A DNA stretch of 64,000 nt, taken from positions 32,001-96,000 of the forward strand of contig CAVRAY010000002.1 in the NCBI GenBank assembly GCA_963719225.1. The letters run 5' to 3'. This document shows positions 30,130-37,854 of this stretch, piece after piece. This DNA is from Thermoanaerobaculia bacterium (GTDB lineage Bacteria; Acidobacteriota; Thermoanaerobaculia; UBA5066). Both the position numbers and the translations under genes were made by a program. The notes below the pieces were generated by a model. That model worked only from the letters and a program-made list of their open reading frames with translations. It was not told where the DNA came from and made no database searches. The number at the start of each line of letters is the position of its first letter. Position 1 is the stretch's first letter.

Positions 30130-30464
30130 GGTCCCGTCCAGTTCTCGGAGTGTGAATGCCGGGCGAGCATCCGAAAGCCGGACCCTTCGAGTGCGGCCCG
30201 AGGGACGCTCTCGTAGCTCTTCACGGCGACGTCGATGTCGAGCGTCGTCCGCGGCTCGCTGCGCCACAGCTGCACCGCGACCCCGCCGATCATCGCGTAT
30301 TCGAGTCCGCTCGCCTCGAGGATCCGAAAGAGCTCACGAAAGGCTCGATCTTTGCTGGTAACCACGGCGTCTCCCTTCAGCTCGTGAAAACGCACGTCCA
30401 GCTCGGCGCTGAGCCTCAGCGCATGCTCCACGGAGTCCGGCCGCAGCGTCCGCCCAGCGCACAT
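30130..30464 (-). pseudogene. Truncated nucleotidyltransferase-superfamily (AbiEii/DUF6036-like) gene
   Basis: YAMIGGVAVQLW..EPRTTLDIDVAV motif. After ..ENWTGP the frame runs into non-protein-like sequence and then ~290 nt antisense into the AI-2E gene. Confidence 0.6.
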
Positions 30465-30482
30465 CGAGAGAATCTTACGCGC
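30465..30482. repeat. 18-bp direct repeat, copy 1 (CGAGAGAATCTTACGCGC)
   Basis: Identical to 31059-31076; contains minus-strand TAAGAT. Confidence 0.85.
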
Positions 30483-30536
30483 TCTCCGGCCGGTGCTCCT
30501 TCATCGAAACACGGGCAGCTCGACGCCGGAACCGCT

Positions 30537-31031
30537 CTATGGAGACGGGGCGCCTTTCAGAATCGCCTCGAGCCTCCGCTCCTCGGGGACAGCGGCTTTT
30601 TCGACGAGCCGGACGCGACCCTCCTTGTCGAGCAGGAACGCCGTTCGCGCGGCGAACCCGAACTCCGGGAGGTACACGCCGTACTGTTGGGCGACCGCCC
30701 CACGCGGCTGGAAATCGGAAAGGAGCGGGTACCCAATGTGGTAGGCGTTTGCAAAGGCACGGTGGCTCCAGATCGAGTCGACGGAGATGCCGAGAACCTG
30801 GACGCGGGTGGCGTATGTCGGGAACATCGCCACGCATTTGGCGTGCTCGGCAGAGCACACGGGCGACCAGTCGAGCGGGTAGAACAGCAGCAAGACATCG
30901 ATGCTCCCCCGATACTGGGAAAGGGTGATCGTCCGACCGGCCGGACCGTCGACGTCGCCCTCTCGCCGGTGCGCGTCGCTCGTGACGGCTGGAAGGGAAA
31001 AATCCGGGGCGATGTCGCCGACGTCCATCAT
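30537..31031 (-). CDS. Peroxiredoxin (AhpC/TSA, AhpE-like, 1-Cys)
   Basis: VGDIAPDFSL, FYPLDWSPVC..E, GISVDS..SH.AFA, LLSDF.P.G.VA..YGV, R.AFLLDKEG. Confidence 0.9.
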   Translation of the reverse strand: MMDVGDIAPDFSLPAVTSDAHRREGDVDGPAGRTITLSQYRGSIDVLLLFYPLDWSPVCSAEHAKCVAMFPTYATRVQVLGISVDSIWSHRAFANAYHIGYPLLSDFQPRGAVAQQYGVYLPEFGFAARTAFLLDKEGRVRLVEKAAVPEERRLEAILKGAPSP

Positions 31032-31058
31032 GGCTCACCTCGCTCGTCCCGCGCTCGA

Positions 31059-31076
31059 CGAGAGAATCTTACGCGC
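31059..31076. repeat. 18-bp direct repeat, copy 2
   Basis: Identical to 30465-30482. Confidence 0.85.
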
Positions 31077-31155
31077 CCGCTGGCGGGGCGGCGACGAGAA
31101 GGAGAGCCGCGACGACGGCGAGGGCCAGCACACCGAGGATGACGATGCGTTTCAT
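31069..31155 (-). CDS. 28-aa signal-peptide-like small ORF (MKRIVILGVLALAVVAALLLVAAPPAGA*); small protein or gene remnant
   Basis: Read by hand; below the ORF-track size cutoff. ATG 9 nt after the ftsX stop; n/h/c signal-peptide layout ending A-G-A, then TAA. Confidence 0.55.
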   Translation of the reverse strand: MKRIVILGVLALAVVAALLLVAAPPAGA

Positions 31156-31164
31156 CAAACGCCG

Positions 31165-32070
31165 TCAGCCGGCGAGGTTCCCGCGCCGCACGGCGAGCAA
31201 TCCCCCGAGCAGCCCGGCCGCGAGGCCGAACCCGACGAGAAGGAGGCATGCCGACATCGGGAGGAAGCGCACGGCGAAAACCCCGAGGAGCGCGTTCTTC
31301 GTCGCGGCGACCCAGCCAAGGACGGCGCGCGTGACGACCCACAGGAGCCCGAGGGCCAACAGCGCGCCGAGAAAGCCCTGGACGAGGCCTCCGAGCAGAT
31401 AGGGGCCGCGGATCAGGAATTCCGGCGCGCCCACGAGGCGCAGGATCTCGATCTCGTCGCGGTGGAGGAGGATCGTGAGCCGCACCACGTTCGCGATCGT
31501 GAACGCCGCCCCGAGCGTCAGGAAGACCGCGAGGACGAGGCCCGTGAGGCGCGCGAGGGAGACGGCCCCGCGCAGGCGGCGGATCCACTCCACGTCGAAC
31601 TGGACCTCCTCCGCGGCGCGATGGGAGGCGAGGAGCTTGAGGAAAGGCGGAAGGGCGTCGGAAATGACCGCCGAGGGCTCGAGCTCCATCTCGAGAGAGG
31701 CCGGAAACGGATTTCCCGGCAGGGAACGCGCTGCCGGACCGAGGGATTTCCACCACGTCGAGAAGCGGGCGCGCGCCTCGTCGGGCGAGACGCGCCGCAT
31801 CCGCGCGACGAGACGGGTCTCTTTCGCGAGGCGCTCGAGATCGGCCGTGTCGGCTTCCGTCGCCGAGGATTTCAGGAAGACGGTCACCGTCGACTCGTCG
31901 CGCACCGTCTCGACGAGGCTCTTCAGGTTCTCGGCCACGAGGAAAAACGCGCCGACGAGGCCGATCGAGATCGCGATGAGGACCACGGACAGGCTCGTCA
32001 TGCGCCGGGCCCGGCCGAGGCCTTCGAGCGCCTCCGAAACGAGCGCGGCGAACGCTGCCGAGCGGTTCAC
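31165..32070 (-). CDS. ftsX: Cell division permease FtsX
   Basis: 4-TM layout, NPFPASLE, IANVVRLTI..RDEIEILRLVGA..IRGPY; GTGA overlap with ftsE. Confidence 0.92.
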   Translation of the reverse strand: MNRSAAFAALVSEALEGLGRARRMTSLSVVLIAISIGLVGAFFLVAENLKSLVETVRDESTVTVFLKSSATEADTADLERLAKETRLVARMRRVSPDEARARFSTWWKSLGPAARSLPGNPFPASLEMELEPSAVISDALPPFLKLLASHRAAEEVQFDVEWIRRLRGAVSLARLTGLVLAVFLTLGAAFTIANVVRLTILLHRDEIEILRLVGAPEFLIRGPYLLGGLVQGFLGALLALGLLWVVTRAVLGWVAATKNALLGVFAVRFLPMSACLLLVGFGLAAGLLGGLLAVRRGNLAG

Positions 32071-32792
32071 GGGGCGGGCTCCTCGCGCTCCGGCTCGGGC
32101 CGTTTCGTGAAAGCCTGCGGCGGGAGGGCCGCCTCGACGAGCCCTTCCACGACGCGCCCCCGATCGAGCGTCAGGCAGCGGCGGCCCGCGGCCTTCACGA
32201 GCTCCTGGTCGTGCGTGGCGACGAGCACGGTCGTTCCGCGCACCGCGACGTCCTGCAGCAGCTTCATGACCTCGCCGGCGAGGCGGTGGTCGAGGTTCCC
32301 GGTGGGCTCGTCCGCGACGAGAAGGACGGGCTCGTTCACGAGCGCGCGCGCGAGGGCGACGCGCTGCTGCTCCCCTCCGGAGAGCTCCTCTGGAAGCGCG
32401 GCGAGGCGATGGTGGAGCTCCACGAGGCGGAGCGTCTGGTAGGCGCGGCGCCGCCTTTCCGCGGCGGGGACGCCGAGAAACTTCTGAACGTACGTCACGT
32501 TGTCGAGGACGTTCCTCGCGGGCAGGAGCTTGTAGTCCTGAAAGACGATCCCCATCGAGCGGCGCAGGGCCGGGACGCGCGAGGCGGGCATGCCGCTCAC
32601 GTTCATCCCGTTCACGATGATCTGGCCTTCCGTGGGCTTCTCGGCGTGGAAGATGAGCTTCAAGAGCGTCGACTTCCCGGCGCCCGACGGACCCGTCAGG
32701 AACAGGAACTCGCCCTTCTTCGTCTTGAACGTCACGTCGCGGAGGACCCGGCGGCCCTGATACTCCTTGGCGACGCGATAGAACTCGATCAC
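32067..32792 (-). CDS. ftsE: Cell division ATP-binding protein FtsE
   Basis: LTGPSGAGKSTLLKL, LRRSMGIVFQDYKLL, LSGGEQQRV, ADEPTGNLD, ATHD. Confidence 0.95.
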   Translation of the reverse strand: MIEFYRVAKEYQGRRVLRDVTFKTKKGEFLFLTGPSGAGKSTLLKLIFHAEKPTEGQIIVNGMNVSGMPASRVPALRRSMGIVFQDYKLLPARNVLDNVTYVQKFLGVPAAERRRRAYQTLRLVELHHRLAALPEELSGGEQQRVALARALVNEPVLLVADEPTGNLDHRLAGEVMKLLQDVAVRGTTVLVATHDQELVKAAGRRCLTLDRGRVVEGLVEAALPPQAFTKRPEPEREEPAP

Positions 32793-32804
32793 GAAGTGAT
32801 CATT

Positions 32805-34265
32805 TCACCGGCGGTCCAGCTCTTCCCGGAGAAGGCGGTTCACGACCTCCGGATTGGCCTTGCCGCCCGTGGCTCTCATGACCTGGCCGACGAACCAGCC
32901 GAACGAAGCCGCCTTGCCGCCCCGATACGTCGCGACCTGCGCGGGATGGCCCGTGAGGACGGCCGCGACGGCGTCCCGGATCGGGCCCTCGTCGTTGATC
33001 TGGACGAGCCCCTTCTCCTTCACGAGCTCGTCGACCGGCCGGCCGGTCGTGATGAGATCGGGGAGGAGCTCTTTCGCGATTTTTCCCGAGATCGTGCCGT
33101 CGTCGATCCGCCGGACCAGTGCCCCGAGCGTTTCGGGCGCGACGGGCATGCGCCCCGCCTGTCGGTCCGCGTCGGGCATCCGTGCGAGGAGCTCGGAGAG
33201 GAGCCAGTTCGCGAGCGCTCTCGGATTCTTCGGGTATGCCGCGACGGCGGCCTCGTAGAAATCCGCGAGCGGGCGCGACAGACACACGACGTCCGCATCG
33301 GCGGCCGGAAGGCCGAACGTGCTCGCGAGGCGCAAGGCCCGCGCCTGCGGTAGCTCCGGCATCGCCGCGAACACCTCCGCCTTCCACGCTTCGTCGACGA
33401 CGAGAGCTCCGAGGTCGGGGTCGGGGAAGTACCGATAGTCCATCGACTCTTCCTTGTTGCGCATGGCCTTCGTCTCGCCCGTCGCGGGCTCGTAGAGGCG
33501 CGTTTCCTGCACGAGGGCCCGCCCGCCCTCGAGGGCCTCGACCTGCCGCTCGACTTCGTACTCGATCGCTCTCTTCACGTGTTGGAAGGAGTTGAGGTTC
33601 TTGATCTCCACCTTCGTGCCGAGCTGTGCCGCGCCCTTCTTGCGCACCGAGACGTTCGCGTCGCACCTGAGCGAGCCTTCCTCCATGTTGCCGTCGGACG
33701 CGTCGACCCAGCGCACGAGCCGGCGGAGCAGGACGAGGTATTCGTACGCCTCCCCGGCCGAGGAGAGATCCGGCTCGGACACGATCTCGACGAGCGGCGT
33801 GCCGGCGCGGTTCAGGTCGACGAGCGACACGCCCCTGGGCAGGTCCTGCCACGGGAAGTCGTGCATCAATTTGCCGGCGTCCTCCTCGAGGTGAACGCGG
33901 TTCAGACGGATCTCCTTCGGCGCGCCGTCGGTCGCGAGGCTGACCGCCCCACGCGTGGCCAGGGGCCTGTCGTACTGCGAGATCTGGTAGCCCTTCGGCA
34001 GGTCCGGGTAGAAGTAGTTCTTCCGCGCGAAGATGGACTTCTCCGCGATCGAGCAGCCGGTGGCCAGCGCGACCCGCATCGCGAGCGTCACCATCTCGCG
34101 ATTCACGGCCGGAAGGACGCCCGGATAGCCGAGGCACACGGGGCAGACGGCAGTGTTCGGAGGCGCGCCGAACACGACAGGACAGGGACAGAACGCCTTG
34201 CTCTTCGTCTTGAGCTGGCAGTGCACCTCGAGCCCGATCACGGGCTCGAAATCGGCGACGGGCAT
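32805..34265 (-). CDS. gatB: Asp/Glu-tRNA amidotransferase subunit B
   Basis: VIGLEVHCQL, RKNYFYPDLPKGYQISQ, HLEEDAGK, DYRYFPDPD, GQVMRATGGKANP. Confidence 0.97.
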   Translation of the reverse strand: MPVADFEPVIGLEVHCQLKTKSKAFCPCPVVFGAPPNTAVCPVCLGYPGVLPAVNREMVTLAMRVALATGCSIAEKSIFARKNYFYPDLPKGYQISQYDRPLATRGAVSLATDGAPKEIRLNRVHLEEDAGKLMHDFPWQDLPRGVSLVDLNRAGTPLVEIVSEPDLSSAGEAYEYLVLLRRLVRWVDASDGNMEEGSLRCDANVSVRKKGAAQLGTKVEIKNLNSFQHVKRAIEYEVERQVEALEGGRALVQETRLYEPATGETKAMRNKEESMDYRYFPDPDLGALVVDEAWKAEVFAAMPELPQARALRLASTFGLPAADADVVCLSRPLADFYEAAVAAYPKNPRALANWLLSELLARMPDADRQAGRMPVAPETLGALVRRIDDGTISGKIAKELLPDLITTGRPVDELVKEKGLVQINDEGPIRDAVAAVLTGHPAQVATYRGGKAASFGWFVGQVMRATGGKANPEVVNRLLREELDRR

Positions 34266-34303
34266 GGCGCGAGTGTAGCGGAGGCAGCCGCCGGAACCCG
34301 GCC

Positions 34304-35539
34304 TCAGCGCCGTCCCTGCGCGATCTTCACGGCCTCCGGCAGCGCCCGCAGGCGGAGCATCGCGAGAACGCCGAGAGCGGGCCCGGGCGCGAGGAGGACG
34401 AAGACCCACCGCCAGCCGAGCGAGGGAAGGAACGCCGGCACGAGGTCGATCGAAAGGGCCGTCAGGAAGAAGCCGAGCGAAGTCTGGAGCGTGAGCGCCG
34501 TCCCCACGAAGACCGGATCCGCCAGCTCGGTCACGGCCGCGGAAAACTGCGCGGAATCCGCGACGACCGAGGCTCCCCAGACGGCCGCGACGGCGAGAAG
34601 GAGGAGCGGCTCTCCGCCGTAGAAGAGCCCGATCACGACACAGCACGTGCCGCTCACGGCCATCGCCAGGGACGTCACCAGGGTACGGCCCTTGCGATCC
34701 GCCGCGAGCCCCGCGAAAACGCACCCCGCCCCGCCGCATCCGATCACGAAGAAAGAGGCCGCTTCGGCGGCCGCCGGCGGCAGCCCCCGGAGCGCGAAGC
34801 TCGAGCGGAGCATCACGGGAATCCACGTCCACATCGCATAGAGCTCCCACATGTGGCCGAAGTAGCCGAAGCTCGCGAGCCGAACGCCCCGGTTCGCGAA
34901 GACCTTCGTCACCTGCGTTACGTCGAAGAGCGCGGGAGCGGGGGCGAACGGACCTTCCCGTACGAAGAGGACGACGAGGATGGCTCCCACGAGAGCGAGG
35001 ACCGAGGCCGCGAGCAGGCTCCTTCGCCACGCCGAGCCGAAGACCGCGTTCACGAGGTACGGCGCCGCCTTGCCGAGGGTGAGCGCTCCGATGAGGACGC
35101 CCAGCGCGAGGCCGCGCCTCGCGCGAAACCACGACGCGAGGATCTTCATGCCCGGCGGATAGACACCCGCGAGGCAGAAGCCCGTCAGGAAGCGCAGGAC
35201 GAGCGCCGAGCCGGGCCCGTGCGAGAAGAGCGCGAGCGACGCGTTCGCCGCGGCTCCGAGAAGAGTCGTCCCGATCACGAGCCGCTGCGGCGCCCACACG
35301 TCCGGCAGGTTCAGGACGGCGCTCGCGAGCGTCCCGGCCACGAAGCCGAGCTGGACGGAGAGCGTCAGCCACGTCGCGGAGGCGTCGGACAGGCGCCACT
35401 CGGCCTTGAGGAACGGCGCGACCGCGGAAGCCGAGAACCACAGCGACATCCCGAGGAGCTCGGCGAGAGACAGGAGCGCGAGGACCCGGTAACGGCCGGG
35501 TGGGTCTTGTGCGGCACGCCCCGCGGGCGCGCTCGTCAC
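34304..35539 (-). CDS. MFS transporter
   Basis: 12-TM pattern; MSLWFSASAV, AGVYPPGMK, YFGHMWELYAMW, ADSAQFSA. Confidence 0.9.
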   Translation of the reverse strand: MTSAPAGRAAQDPPGRYRVLALLSLAELLGMSLWFSASAVAPFLKAEWRLSDASATWLTLSVQLGFVAGTLASAVLNLPDVWAPQRLVIGTTLLGAAANASLALFSHGPGSALVLRFLTGFCLAGVYPPGMKILASWFRARRGLALGVLIGALTLGKAAPYLVNAVFGSAWRRSLLAASVLALVGAILVVLFVREGPFAPAPALFDVTQVTKVFANRGVRLASFGYFGHMWELYAMWTWIPVMLRSSFALRGLPPAAAEAASFFVIGCGGAGCVFAGLAADRKGRTLVTSLAMAVSGTCCVVIGLFYGGEPLLLLAVAAVWGASVVADSAQFSAAVTELADPVFVGTALTLQTSLGFFLTALSIDLVPAFLPSLGWRWVFVLLAPGPALGVLAMLRLRALPEAVKIAQGRR

Positions 35540-36936
35540 GGCGCGGGGAGCATCTTCCCCGGATTCAGGATGCCGTTCGGGTCGAGGGCCTGTTTGATCG
35601 CGCGCATCGCTGAGAGAAAGGCGGGCGGGCGGTACAGGGGAAGGACATCCTTCGACGTAATGCCGACGCCGTGCTCACCCGTCACTGTCCCGCCGAGGCG
35701 AACCGTTTCGGCGTAGATCTCGGTCGCCGTCTTTTCGAAGAGAGACCTCTTCACGGGGTCCTTTCCCTCGCGCCAGAGGTGGACGTGCAGGTTGCCGTCC
35801 GCCGCGTGCCCGAACGCGAGGGACTTGAGCCCCGACGCTCCCGAGATGCGGCGGATCGCCGCCACGAGCGGAACGAGCTCGGTGCGCGGCACGGCGAGGT
35901 CGAGCTCGGCCGAGACGCCCACCTCGTGGACCGCCTCGGCGATGCCGCGGCGCACGTCCCAGAGGACGCGCCGCTTCGCCTCGTCCGTCGCGAGGACGAC
36001 GTCCAGCGCGGCGCACTCGAGGGCGATCTCGCCCGCGAGCGTCACGTCCCGCTCCACCTCCGCCTCGGACGGGCCGTCGAACTCCAGGAGGAGGCGCGCC
36101 TCGGACTCGGGGAAGGGCACGCCCACGCCTTTCTTCTTCGACGAGAGATCGATGGACGGCTTGTCCACGAACTCGCACGCGGAAAGGATGAGCCCGCGCC
36201 GGTGCAGCTCGAGCATGCAGCGCGCCGCGTCCTCCAGCGTCGGGAACGGCGCGACGAGAGTCGCCCAGAACGGCGGCTTCGGGATGAGGCGCAGCCAGGC
36301 CTTCGTGACGACGCCGAGCGTGCCTTCGCTCCCGAGAAGGAGCGACGTGAGGTCGTAGCCCGCCACGTCCTTGCGCGTCTTGCCGCCCGTGACGGCGACG
36401 CCCCCGTCCGCGAAGACCGCCTCGACGCCCATCACCCAGCGGCCCGTGACGCCGTACTTGGCCGCGTGCGGCCCGCCTGCGTTCTCGGCGATGTTGCCGC
36501 CGATCATGCAGGAGCCGCGCGAGGCCGGGTCGGGCGGGTAATACAACCCCACCGCCTCGACGGCCTCGTGGAGCGTCTGCGTCACGACGCCCGCCTCGGC
36601 GATGGCCACGAAGTTGTCGGTATCGATCTCGAGGATGGAGTTCATGCGCTCGAGGGAGAGCGCGAGCCCGCCCGCCAGCGGCAGCGCCCCGCCCGTCAGG
36701 CAGGTGCGCCCGCCCTGGGGCGTGACCGGAATGCGGCGCTCGTTGCAGAACGCGAGAAGGCGCGAAACCTCGTCGGTGGTCCTCGGCTTCGCGGCCGCCG
36801 CGGGATAGAAGACGAAGTCCTCCGTCCAGTCGTGCGAATACGGCTGCAGGTCGTCCCTCGCCACGAGGAGGTACCCGGCGCCCACGATCGCGGAAAGAGC
36901 GGCGAGCTCCGGGGCGGAGAGTTCCCGGCGTTCCAT
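35536..36936 (-). CDS. FAD-linked oxidase (GlcD/D-lactate dehydrogenase family)
   Basis: YPPDPAS..IGGNIAENAGG..KYGVT, GYDL, GSEGTLG, GHAADGNLH, TGEHGVG, DP.GILNPGK. Confidence 0.92.
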   Translation of the reverse strand: MERRELSAPELAALSAIVGAGYLLVARDDLQPYSHDWTEDFVFYPAAAAKPRTTDEVSRLLAFCNERRIPVTPQGGRTCLTGGALPLAGGLALSLERMNSILEIDTDNFVAIAEAGVVTQTLHEAVEAVGLYYPPDPASRGSCMIGGNIAENAGGPHAAKYGVTGRWVMGVEAVFADGGVAVTGGKTRKDVAGYDLTSLLLGSEGTLGVVTKAWLRLIPKPPFWATLVAPFPTLEDAARCMLELHRRGLILSACEFVDKPSIDLSSKKKGVGVPFPESEARLLLEFDGPSEAEVERDVTLAGEIALECAALDVVLATDEAKRRVLWDVRRGIAEAVHEVGVSAELDLAVPRTELVPLVAAIRRISGASGLKSLAFGHAADGNLHVHLWREGKDPVKRSLFEKTATEIYAETVRLGGTVTGEHGVGITSKDVLPLYRPPAFLSAMRAIKQALDPNGILNPGKMLPAP

Positions 36937-36942
36937 GGAGGG

Positions 36943-36952
36943 ATCTTAAGAT
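36943..36952. promoter_or_regulatory. Palindromic bidirectional -10 element ATCTTAAGAT
   Basis: TAAGAT on both strands, each exactly 6 nt before the ATG of a divergent gene (36936 minus, 36959 plus). Confidence 0.75.
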
Positions 36953-36958
36953 GCACCG

Positions 36959-37831
36959 ATGACACGCGTCGCATTCCTCGGCCTCGGCGCGATGGGAGCT
37001 CCCATGGCGCGCCGGATCCTCGAAACCGGCTTTTCCCTGACCGTCTGGAACCGAAGTGCCGCGCGCGCGGCGCCGTTGGAGGCGCTCGGCGCCTTCGTTG
37101 CCTCGACCCCGCGCGAGGCCGCCGCGTCGGCGGACGTCGTCTGCACGATGCTCTCCGACCCCGCGGCGCTCGAGGCCGTGGCGGACGGGCCGGAGGGCCT
37201 CGTCGCCGGCCTCGCCCCCGGAAAGATCTGGCTCGATTTCTCCACGGTGACGCCCGCGGCGTCACGGCGCGCGGCCGCACGCGCGAAGGAGAAGGGCGCG
37301 GATTTCTGCGACGTTCCCGTCGCGGGAAGCGTCAAGCCCGCGAACGACGGCACGCTGAAGCTTCTCGCGGGGGGCGACGAAGCGGTCCTCACGAGGGCGA
37401 AAGAAGTGCTCGCCGCCGTGAGCACGGAGACTCTTCACTTCGGCGCCGTGGGGCAGGGATCCGCGATGAAGCTCGTGAACAACCTGACGTTCGGCGTGGG
37501 GCTCGCGACCTTCGGCGAAGCCGTCCGCCTCGCCACGAAGCTGGGGTTGCCGGAAGAGCGCGTCATGGCATGGCTCCTCGCGGCTCCAACCACGTCGGCG
37601 TACGTCCAGCGAAAGGTGGCGTTCCTCGAAGGCGGCGGAAGGCCGCCGCAGTTCGGCCTCGCGCTGATGGAAAAGGACCTGCGTCTCGCCCTGGAAGCGG
37701 CCGGAGAGGATCTGCCGGTCGTCGCCGGCGCCTACGCAGACCTCCGCGGCGCCGCGGCCGCGGGATTCGGCGCTGAGGACTTCTCGTGGGTGATTCCCCA
37801 CCTCGCCGGAAAGCGTCCAGGATCGAAATAG
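36959..37831 (+). CDS. NAD(P)-dependent 3-hydroxyisobutyrate dehydrogenase family protein
   Basis: FLGLGAMGAPMA, VWNRS, DVPVAGS, GQGSAMKLVNN, MEKDL. Confidence 0.92.
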   Translation: MTRVAFLGLGAMGAPMARRILETGFSLTVWNRSAARAAPLEALGAFVASTPREAAASADVVCTMLSDPAALEAVADGPEGLVAGLAPGKIWLDFSTVTPAASRRAAARAKEKGADFCDVPVAGSVKPANDGTLKLLAGGDEAVLTRAKEVLAAVSTETLHFGAVGQGSAMKLVNNLTFGVGLATFGEAVRLATKLGLPEERVMAWLLAAPTTSAYVQRKVAFLEGGGRPPQFGLALMEKDLRLALEAAGEDLPVVAGAYADLRGAAAAGFGAEDFSWVIPHLAGKRPGSK

Positions 37832-37854
37832 AATCTCATCGCCGGGAGGCACGC

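Noticed and set aside
30028-30130. Possible integron attC site or group II intron end
   Set aside because: No RYYYAAC..GTTRRRY pair and no domain V motif; kept only as an unexplained scar.
30537-31031. Selenocysteine recoding in redox genes (peroxiredoxin, rhodanese, DoxX)
   Set aside because: Active-site residues are ordinary Cys codons; no in-frame TGA.
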